41,785 nt of DNA from a virus. This document shows positions 26,612 to 33,618 of the stretch, piece by piece. Numbering within the stretch: the stretch's first letter is position 1; every line of letters starts with the position of its first letter. The DNA is taken from the IMG/VR virus record IMGVR_UViG_3300045988_153314; one strand, 5' to 3'. Made by a program: the position numbers and the translations under genes. Under the pieces are notes generated by a model. That model was not told the origin of the DNA. It ran no database searches and saw nothing but the letters and a program-made list of their open reading frames with translations.

Positions 26612-27076
26612 ATGAAAATGATAAAAAACGAAATCGAGCTTTGCGGCCTGCTGTGGGACACAGAGAACCTGACAATCGGTGGTTACAAGAAGAACGGCCG
26701 CCATTACTACACATGGCAGGAAGCAATCGATGCCGCGAGGTCCGTAGGTAAGCGCTTGCCGACCCGGGAGGAATGGGTGGCATTATGTGATCTCGGCTCG
26801 ACTTGGGACGATGAGCTCAAGGGCCGTTGGTTCGGGGGTAATCACGACTCGGACCACAAAGGCTCGCTATTCCTGCCTGCTGCGGGCCTGCGCTACAGCA
26901 ATAGCGGCGAGTTGGCCAGCACGAGCTCCTACGGCTACTATTGGTCCTCGTCGCCGTACTACGGAGGCGACAACGGCGCGGGCACCCTCGGCTTCTACTC
27001 GGGCTACGTCAACCCGCTGAGCTACAACGGTCGCGCCCTCGGCTTCAGCGTGCGTTGCGTGCGGGACAAAGAATAG
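26612..27076 (+). CDS. FISUMP (Fibrobacter succinogenes major paralogous) / lectin-like domain protein, paralog A
   Basis: ..LPTREEW..LFLPAAG..YYWSS..GFSVRCVRD. No signal peptide. 444 nt are colinear with 35415-35858. Confidence 0.7.
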   Translation: MKMIKNEIELCGLLWDTENLTIGGYKKNGRHYYTWQEAIDAARSVGKRLPTREEWVALCDLGSTWDDELKGRWFGGNHDSDHKGSLFLPAAGLRYSNSGELASTSSYGYYWSSSPYYGGDNGAGTLGFYSGYVNPLSYNGRALGFSVRCVRDKE

Positions 27077-27202
27077 TTCTTGAAAAGAAAAAGCCCCCGA
27101 CGGGTGATATCGGGAGCTTGGGATTGATTAAAAGCCGGCCGGTAGTTGTCCGACTCCGTCCGACCGGACAAAGATACACAACTTTTTTAAAACGATACGA
27201 TT

Positions 27203-28141
27203 ATGGGATTGATTAAAAAGCCGTCTGAGCTTCAGGTTCAGACCACGATCAAAGCCCTGCTGTACGGACAGCCGGGCATCGGTAAGACGACCGACGCGCT
27301 TTCTGCGCCTTATCCGGTACTTCTGGACTTCGACAACGGCGTTCACCGCGTCAATGTCGCGCACCAGACCCCCACGCTTCAGGTGAGCTCCTACAACGAT
27401 TTTCTCGAAGTGATGCAGAGCGGGGAGCTCGCACCTTTCAAAACTATCGTGATCGATACGGCGGGCAAGATGCTCGACTACATGGGAGCGTGGCTCGTGC
27501 AGAACTACCCCAAGCTGGGGCAGCGCGACGGAAGCCTCACACAAAACGGTTACGGTGCGCGTAAGAATGAGTTTGTCAGGGTCCTTAAGGCGGTATCGAT
27601 CATGGGCAAACATCTCGTCTTCGTGGCGCATGAAAAAGAGGAAAAAGACGGTGATCAAAAGATCATCCGTCCGGATATCGGAGGCTCGTCGACCGGCGAC
27701 CTGATTAAGGAGCTGGATCTGGTAGGCTATATTCAGGCCATCGGCAAGCAGCGGACGATCTCGTTCGACCCGTGCGAGAAGTTCTACGGCAAAAATACGT
27801 GCAATCTTCCCAGCGTCATCAACATTCCGAGGCTGATCGACGAGAACGGGACCGTCATCGCTCCGAACGATTTGCTGACGAACATTTTCAAGTTGCACCA
27901 AGCCAATCTCGAAAAGCGCAAGGAGGAAGTCAGGAAGTATAACGACCTGATCGCGCTGATCGACCGGAATGTCGAGGCTATCACCGATTGCGACAGCCTG
28001 AACGATGCGACGTCCCGATTGCGGGATTTCGAGACGATTTGGGATTCGAAGATTCAGGCATCGCGCAAGCTCGTGGCGAAAGCCGCCGCGCTCTCTTGCC
28101 GGTTTAACAAAGAGACAGGGAAATATGAGCCGGCCGCCTAA
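27203..28141 (+). CDS. Sak4-like / AAA_24 RecA-fold ATPase (recombination)
   Basis: Walker A ALLYGQPGIGKTT near the N-terminus and Walker B-like IVIDTAG. Position in the recombination module. Confidence 0.7.
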   Translation: MGLIKKPSELQVQTTIKALLYGQPGIGKTTDALSAPYPVLLDFDNGVHRVNVAHQTPTLQVSSYNDFLEVMQSGELAPFKTIVIDTAGKMLDYMGAWLVQNYPKLGQRDGSLTQNGYGARKNEFVRVLKAVSIMGKHLVFVAHEKEEKDGDQKIIRPDIGGSSTGDLIKELDLVGYIQAIGKQRTISFDPCEKFYGKNTCNLPSVINIPRLIDENGTVIAPNDLLTNIFKLHQANLEKRKEEVRKYNDLIALIDRNVEAITDCDSLNDATSRLRDFETIWDSKIQASRKLVAKAAALSCRFNKETGKYEPAA

Positions 28142-28868
28142 ATACAGGATATATCCGTCACTTCTCGACCGTTTCAACGAGTATCGTTACATCGATGCCG
28201 CTATCGAGAAGTCGTGGAATGCCGATAAGGCCCCTTCCGACGTGGAGGCGGAGATCGAACGGGGACTTCTCGACGCGATCAACCGCGTGCCGTTCGAGAG
28301 CGAGGCGGCCGAGCGCGGCACCTGCTTTAACAATCTTGTCGATGCCGGAATTGCCGGCATGATGAGAATCTCAAGCAACGCGACCGACAAGGCGGGGACC
28401 GAACTGATCCGCATCGATCATAAGTCGCGTATGGGCACGGCCTATATTTTCGATTTCCCGGTGAAGATCGTGCAGGAGTTCGTCGATTACTTCCGGGGAG
28501 CGGCTTCGCAGGTCTTCTGCTCGGGTACGCTCGAAACGCAGTACGGCGACGTGGAGCTCTACGGTTACATCGACGAACTGATTCAGGATACGGTTTTCGA
28601 TATCAAGACGACGAGACGCTACAAGTTCGGCAAGTTTCGCATGGCTTGGCAGAAGGACGTTTATCCGTTCTGCCTCGATCAGATGGGTTGCCGCATCCGG
28701 GGATTCGAGTACACGGTAACCGATTTCCGGAATACCTATCAGGAGTGGTACGACTTCCACTACGACGATAGCCGGCAGCGGCTTCGGGAACATTGCGAAC
28801 GTTTCATCGAATTTCTCGAAGCGCGCCGGGATAAGATTACCGACAAGAAGATTTTCAATAACGCATAA
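28125..28868 (+). CDS. PD-(D/E)xK exonuclease (RecB/Cas4-like)
   Basis: ..YGYIDELIQDTVFDIKTT.. (D...D/E-x-K). Start placed at MSRPPKY; the ORF track starts at 28005 inside the upstream gene. Confidence 0.6.
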   Translation: MSRPPKYRIYPSLLDRFNEYRYIDAAIEKSWNADKAPSDVEAEIERGLLDAINRVPFESEAAERGTCFNNLVDAGIAGMMRISSNATDKAGTELIRIDHKSRMGTAYIFDFPVKIVQEFVDYFRGAASQVFCSGTLETQYGDVELYGYIDELIQDTVFDIKTTRRYKFGKFRMAWQKDVYPFCLDQMGCRIRGFEYTVTDFRNTYQEWYDFHYDDSRQRLREHCERFIEFLEARRDKITDKKIFNNA

Positions 28869-28870
28869 TT

Positions 28871-29281
28871 ATGGCAGTATTAAAGCGACAGAACGTGTGT
28901 TTCGGTACGAAATACACGGACAACGCCGGGCAGGAGAAGACTCGCTGGGTGACTGTCGGCAAGGCATTCCACAGCGACCGGGGCGGCATCAGCATCAAGT
29001 TCGACACGATCCCTGCGGGCGGATGGGACGGCTGGGTGCAGTTGTTCGACGAGCGGGACCCGAATCAGGCTCCGCAGGGTTATAGCCGTCAGGGGGCCGG
29101 CCCGACCGGTTACGGACAGCAGGGTCCGGCAACGGCTCCGCAGGGGTACGCCGGCCAACCTTACCCGGCAGCCGGCCAAGCTCCTTACGGCAATCAGGGG
29201 ACCGCCACCCGGGCGGATAGCCAATATTCGGGGGGCTATACGGTTCCCCCGGCCGATAATCCGGACGATCTTCCCTTCTGA
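28871..29281 (+). CDS. ssb: Single-stranded DNA-binding protein (short OB + disordered linker + acidic tip)
   Basis: C-terminal ..PDDLPF matches the SSB C-terminal tip. A Q/G/P/Y-rich linker precedes it. Position in the recombination module. Confidence 0.6.
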   Translation: MAVLKRQNVCFGTKYTDNAGQEKTRWVTVGKAFHSDRGGISIKFDTIPAGGWDGWVQLFDERDPNQAPQGYSRQGAGPTGYGQQGPATAPQGYAGQPYPAAGQAPYGNQGTATRADSQYSGGYTVPPADNPDDLPF

Positions 29282-29292
29282 ACCCGGGCGCT

Positions 29293-29706
29293 ATGAAATT
29301 CAGAGTCGAAAAAGCGCGGGACAAACAGGCCGTCATGGCTTACCTCGACCGGCTTCCGGAAGGCAAGGCGTACGATGTGACCGTCGTGCGCCACCGCGAG
29401 CGGCGGTCGGTCGATCAGAACCGCCTGCTGTGGCTCTGGATCAAGTGCATCAGCGACGAGACGGGGCAGGACAAGGACGATCTGCACGAGTATTTCAAGC
29501 AGAAGTTTTTGGGGGTCGATACGAAAACGCTCTGGGGTACAACCCTGTACCGTCCCGTGTCCACCTCCGCTCTCGATTCGCTCCGGTTCACTCAGTATCT
29601 CGAACACATCCGGGCCTTCGCTTCGTCAGAGCTCGGGATCGAGCTTCCGAACCCGGAGGACCAGTATTGGGATCAATTCGAACATCAGTACGACAACCAA
29701 ATCTAA
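29293..29706 (+). CDS. NinB/Orf-like recombination mediator candidate
   Basis: ..RSVDQNRLLWLWIKCISDETG.. resembles the NinB RS.xQN..W signature. Confidence 0.45.
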   Translation: MKFRVEKARDKQAVMAYLDRLPEGKAYDVTVVRHRERRSVDQNRLLWLWIKCISDETGQDKDDLHEYFKQKFLGVDTKTLWGTTLYRPVSTSALDSLRFTQYLEHIRAFASSELGIELPNPEDQYWDQFEHQYDNQI

Positions 29707-29716
29707 ATCGTAAAAC

Positions 29717-30394
29717 ATGAAAGACTTATCTAACTACATTCCGGACGAGATCAAGTTCAATCTGCCGAAAGCGGCGGATCGCTTTCCTAAAGTGCTTTTC
29801 GAGGGAGCCGACTCGCTGGCAGAGATCGAGAAGCTGTTGGCCGACAAGTTCGTCGCTCTGAATGCCGGGCCGAAGGTCGTCCGCTTTCTCGACGCTTACG
29901 AGAAGCAGACGATGCGCAATAATTACGCGGAGCTGATGGAGGGCGACAAGATCAAGCACGAGACGGAGCTCGTGAAGATCGAGGCGGAGGCCAAACAGCG
30001 CGTCAAGGACGCGAAGGAACGCCTTCAGGCAACCCTGACCCGCATCGATAATCTGGTTAAAGAGGTCAAGGCCGGCAGCAAGGAGATCGATTTGCCGCAG
30101 GATACGACGTACCGGATCGCGGTGGATAACCATTACCTGTACTACACATGGGCGAACGGACAGTTCAAGCTGGCCGACGTGTGCCTGATTCCCGAGTGGG
30201 AGCGCCGCGAATTGTTCAACATGCAGGACAAGAACGCGCAGGCTCTTTTCGATATGTTCGGCTTCGACTTCCGCAAAAAGGAGCAAGAGAATCTTCTGGA
30301 CGAGGATATGGCCGAAGGCGACGGCGAGAGTGCCGATTTCGAGGACGACTCGGAGATCGGCGACGATAGCGACGAAACGCTTGAGGAAGAATAG
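29717..30394 (+). CDS. Hypothetical coiled-coil protein with strongly acidic C-terminus
   Basis: 225 aa. The tail is ..DEDMAEGDGESADFEDDSEIGDDSDETLEEE. Confidence 0.55.
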   Translation: MKDLSNYIPDEIKFNLPKAADRFPKVLFEGADSLAEIEKLLADKFVALNAGPKVVRFLDAYEKQTMRNNYAELMEGDKIKHETELVKIEAEAKQRVKDAKERLQATLTRIDNLVKEVKAGSKEIDLPQDTTYRIAVDNHYLYYTWANGQFKLADVCLIPEWERRELFNMQDKNAQALFDMFGFDFRKKEQENLLDEDMAEGDGESADFEDDSEIGDDSDETLEEE

Positions 30395-30397
30395 ACC

Positions 30398-31549
30398 ATG
30401 TACCGGCTTCGTCCATATCAGCAACAGGCCGCCGACGTAGCGGTGCGGTATTTCAAGGACCGCACCGCTACGGCCAACGGTATTATGGTTCTTCCGACGG
30501 GCAGCGGCAAGAGTCTGGTCATTGCCGACATCGCCGCTCGGCTCGGCGCTCCGGTGCTGGTGTTCCAGCCGAGCAAGGAGATACTGGAGCAGAATTACGC
30601 GAAGCTCTGCGCATACGACATCCTCGAATGCGCGGTCTACTCGGCCTCCTGCAATAGCAAGGCTATCTCCCGTATCACCTTTGCCACAATCGGCAGCGTG
30701 AAGAACCACGTCGAGGAGTTCTCGCACTTCCGGTATGTGATCGTGGACGAGTGCCATTTGGTCAATCCGAAGGAGGGAATGTACCGCGACTTCTTCAAGG
30801 CGATCCGGTGTAAGATCATCGGCCTGACGGCTACGCCGTACCGCCTGTATTCGACGCGAAACGGCGCGGTCCTGCGCTTTATTACGAATACCAGCCCGCG
30901 CGTCTTCTCGCGCCTGTTGTTCTTCGTGCAGATCGGCTATCTGTTCGGGCAGGGGTATCTGGCCAAGCTGAACTACTACCGCATCCCGCTGATCGATCTG
31001 AACCGGTTGCGCAGGAATTCGACCGGGGCCGACTATACGGACGACTCCGTGCAGCGCGAGTATAGGCGCGTGAGCTTCAACGACGGAGTCCTGAATATCG
31101 TTCGGCGGCTTCTTCGGGTGAATCGTCGGGGGATACTGCTGTTCTCTCGGTTCGTGGAGGAGGCTCAGTACATTTCCGACAGCCTGCCGGGTATGGCGGC
31201 TATCGTGTCGCAGAATACGCCGAAAAAGGAGCGCGAGCGCATCCTCGCCGACTTCAAGGCGGGACGAATCAAGGTCGTCACGAATGTCGGCGTGCTGACG
31301 ACGGGCTTCGACTATCCGGAGCTCGACACGGTGGTACTGGCCCGGCCGACGCTTTCGCTGGCTTTGTACTACCAAATGGTGGGTCGGGCGATTCGTCCTC
31401 ACCCGTCGAAGGCCGAGGGCTGGATCGTCGATCTGTGCGGCAATTTCAACCGCTTCGGCCGGGTCGAGGATTTGCAGCTCGCCTCTTATAAGCCGGGGAC
31501 GTACTGCATACAGAACCGGACGCGGGTATTGACGAACGTGTATATGTAA
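30398..31549 (+). CDS. SF2 DEAD/DEAH-box helicase
   Basis: Motif I LPTGSGKS, motif II VDECH, motif III LTATP, motif VI QMVGRAIR. Confidence 0.85.
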   Translation: MYRLRPYQQQAADVAVRYFKDRTATANGIMVLPTGSGKSLVIADIAARLGAPVLVFQPSKEILEQNYAKLCAYDILECAVYSASCNSKAISRITFATIGSVKNHVEEFSHFRYVIVDECHLVNPKEGMYRDFFKAIRCKIIGLTATPYRLYSTRNGAVLRFITNTSPRVFSRLLFFVQIGYLFGQGYLAKLNYYRIPLIDLNRLRRNSTGADYTDDSVQREYRRVSFNDGVLNIVRRLLRVNRRGILLFSRFVEEAQYISDSLPGMAAIVSQNTPKKERERILADFKAGRIKVVTNVGVLTTGFDYPELDTVVLARPTLSLALYYQMVGRAIRPHPSKAEGWIVDLCGNFNRFGRVEDLQLASYKPGTYCIQNRTRVLTNVYM

Positions 31550-31552
31550 ATC

Positions 31553-32002
31553 ATGGGACGACGATTTTACGATACGACTTTGATTTTGGCAGGCAAAATC
31601 TGCCCTTACTGCGGACAGCCGACGGAGTATGTCGATAGCGCTGCCGTCTATCACGGAATCAGCTACGGAATGATCTACCTGTGCCGCAAGTGCGACGCTT
31701 ACGTGGGCGTTCACCGGGGCACGGACAAGGCGCTCGGCCGACTGGCTAACCGATCTCTTCGCGAGTGGAAAAAACGGGCTCATTACTATTTCGACCCGAT
31801 TTCCCGTACACCGCTTATCAACCGGATATGGCCGAAATACATTCCGGGCATATCGAACCGGAACAAGGCTTACCGATGGCTGGCCGCACAAATGGGTGTA
31901 GAGTCGGAAGTATGCCACATAGGCATGTTCGACGAATTTCAGTGCGAGTGCGTCGTGGCTATATGCAAGAGCGCATTGGTAAAAGCAGGAGTTGAGTTAT
32001 GA
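31553..32002 (+). CDS. Zinc-ribbon protein (DUF3268-like)
   Basis: CPYCG...C.KCDAYVGVH..LGRLAN..LR.WK..AH..FD.. and ..AY.WLA......CHIGMF... Confidence 0.55.
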   Translation: MGRRFYDTTLILAGKICPYCGQPTEYVDSAAVYHGISYGMIYLCRKCDAYVGVHRGTDKALGRLANRSLREWKKRAHYYFDPISRTPLINRIWPKYIPGISNRNKAYRWLAAQMGVESEVCHIGMFDEFQCECVVAICKSALVKAGVEL

Positions 32003-32838
32003 ACTATATCGAACTGATAAACCTTTTTTGGCAAACACGACGTAGAGTGCGATTGTCCAGCGTAGAGGCCGACCTGTATTTTTTTCTTCTTCAGGAATGC
32101 AATACGCAAAACTGGGAGAATCCCTTTGAGTGTCCCAACGGGTTGATCTGCGTCTCGATCGGTATGAGCGAACCTACCTTGATCGATGCACGCAATAGAT
32201 TACAGCAGAAAGGATTTATCGAGTTCGTGAAAGGCAACAGGCGGGCTCAATCTCCGGTATACACTCTTTTAAACTTAAATAATTTTAGTAAAAACTTTAG
32301 CAAAACCTTTAGTAAAAGCTTTAGTAAAAACTTTAGCAAAACACATAGCAAAACGGCCGATACACCTCTTATAAGAGAAAAACAAAAACAGAAACAACCT
32401 CCTATAAGTCCTCCTAAATCGGAGGACGCTGAATTACCGCTCGAAACTTCGGGAAATGGAAATTCGGGGAAACCGAATATTCCGGGCAAGCCGGAGATCG
32501 AGGAGATCGTAAAGTTCTACAACGACACCTGCCAATCGCTGCGTCCCGTAAAAATTCTTACCGACAAGCGGCGGGCGGCCGTATCTGCCCGGCTCCGCGA
32601 GCACGGCCGGGAAGCTGTTTTCAACGTGATCCGGGCCGCCGGCCGGTCGTCGTTTCTTGCCGGACAGAATACTCGCGGATGGACGGCCGACTTCGATTGG
32701 ATTTTCAGACCGGAAAACTTCGTGAAAGTTTCCGAGGGAAAATACGAAAACAAAGAAAAATCGCAACAGTATGGAAGCGAAAGCAATAGGCAGATTAACG
32801 AGCGCCTTGCCGTTCCGAGCCACTACGAGGTTTTTTAG
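31999..32838 (+). CDS. Replication initiator / replisome organiser candidate
   Basis: N-terminal winged-helix-like region (..LIDARNRLQQKGFIEF..). C-terminal ..GWTADFDWIFRPENFVKVSEGKYENK.. is typical of the phage replication-protein C-terminal domain. Lies upstream of a DnaC-like loader. Confidence 0.6.
   Translation: MNYIELINLFWQTRRRVRLSSVEADLYFFLLQECNTQNWENPFECPNGLICVSIGMSEPTLIDARNRLQQKGFIEFVKGNRRAQSPVYTLLNLNNFSKNFSKTFSKSFSKNFSKTHSKTADTPLIREKQKQKQPPISPPKSEDAELPLETSGNGNSGKPNIPGKPEIEEIVKFYNDTCQSLRPVKILTDKRRAAVSARLREHGREAVFNVIRAAGRSSFLAGQNTRGWTADFDWIFRPENFVKVSEGKYENKEKSQQYGSESNRQINERLAVPSHYEVF
32284..32355 (+). repeat. Six tandem 12-bp repeats (TTTAGYAAAAVY) inside the initiator gene
   Basis: tttagtaaaaac tttagcaaaacc tttagtaaaagc tttagtaaaaac tttagcaaaaca catagcaaaacg. 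Translated as FSKN FSKT FSKS FSKN FSKT HSKT. Confidence 0.9.
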
Positions 32839-33421
32839 GATCGGTCGGCCGGTGCAGGAAGTCCGTGACAATCTGCTGGCCATTTGCGGGCAGTTGATTG
32901 CCGGGAGCGGGAAAGCGGCTCGCTTCACCCCGGCGCACTACCGGGCTATCGACATCGCGGCCGGGTGGCTGACCTCCGGCAATACTTGGGGGCTGAAGAT
33001 CATGGGCGGAATCGGAACCGGCAAGAGTACGCTGATGGAGGCGATTCGGTTGTTCGTGAACGACTACATGCAGCGAGTTCCGCTTAGCGAAAGAGCGTTC
33101 GTCAACATCTTCCACGCCTCGGATGTGGCCGATGCTTTCCGGGCCGACAGCGATATATGTCCGATGTTCTTTCGTTACCGGACTGTGGCCATCGACGATC
33201 TCGGCGTGGAACCGACCACTGTCAAGCATTACGGGAACGAGATAATGCCGCTTGCCGATATTCTGCACCGGCGGGCCGACGAGCGGAAAGTTACGATAGT
33301 CGTGACGAATCTCAACAAGGAGTCGATCCGTGGGAGGTACGGCGAACGGGTGTACGACCGAATGCGGGACATGACGACGATCATTTTGGACGGACAGAGT
33401 AACCGGGGCAATCATGGATAG
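32771..33421 (+). CDS. DnaC/IstB-like AAA+ helicase loader
   Basis: Walker A GGIGTGKST and Walker B VAIDDLG. The start is uncertain: ATG 32771 overlaps the upstream gene, and GTG 32852 is an alternative. Confidence 0.7.
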   Translation: MEAKAIGRLTSALPFRATTRFFRIGRPVQEVRDNLLAICGQLIAGSGKAARFTPAHYRAIDIAAGWLTSGNTWGLKIMGGIGTGKSTLMEAIRLFVNDYMQRVPLSERAFVNIFHASDVADAFRADSDICPMFFRYRTVAIDDLGVEPTTVKHYGNEIMPLADILHRRADERKVTIVVTNLNKESIRGRYGERVYDRMRDMTTIILDGQSNRGNHG

Positions 33422-33618
33422 CGTTTTCGACATCATAGAAGCCAATTATCGAAGGCAAGCGCGCAGCGAAAAAGCCCCCGTTCATAGCCTTGTACCCTGA
33501 GATCGCCGCCCACTATTCGGGGCCCGATCTGCAAGGCGAGTTGGGCCGTTTGGTCGATGCCGGAATGCTCGTTTGCGGGCCGACGGTCAATAGCACGTAT
33601 TACAAACTGAAGCCATGA
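33414..33618 (+). pseudogene. Small ORF split by a +1 frame change at GAAAAAGCCCCCG
   Basis: MDSVFDIIEANYRRQARSEK.. is in the frame starting at ATG 33414. ..KPPFIALYPEIAAHYSGPDLQGELGRLVDAGMLVCGPTVNSTYYKLKP is in the +1 frame and has no start codon of its own. Its TGA overlaps the MTase ATG. Confidence 0.4.

Noticed and set aside
26633-27076. One FISUMP paralog acting as the DGR template repeat for the other
   Set aside because: Mismatches occur at positions where copy A has c/g/t (for example cgc vs aaa) and where copy B has c/g/t (for example tac vs cgc). Neither copy has adenines at all variable sites, so both behave as variable regions. No RT ORF exists in the closed genome.
27128-28177. 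349-aa - strand ORF
   Set aside because: It is antisense to the Sak4-like ATPase gene, which has a clear Walker A/B. Low-complexity Arg/Leu-rich translation, so a shadow ORF.
29726-31918. 730-aa ORF on the - strand, the longest - strand ORF in the window
   Set aside because: It runs antisense to four well-supported + strand genes, including the SF2 helicase with motifs I, II, III and VI. Its translation is R/A/L/V-rich with no motifs. This is a typical shadow ORF of GC-rich coding DNA.
32284-32355. CRISPR-like array
   Set aside because: The 12-bp units are directly tandem with no spacers and lie in frame within a coding sequence. No cas genes are present.
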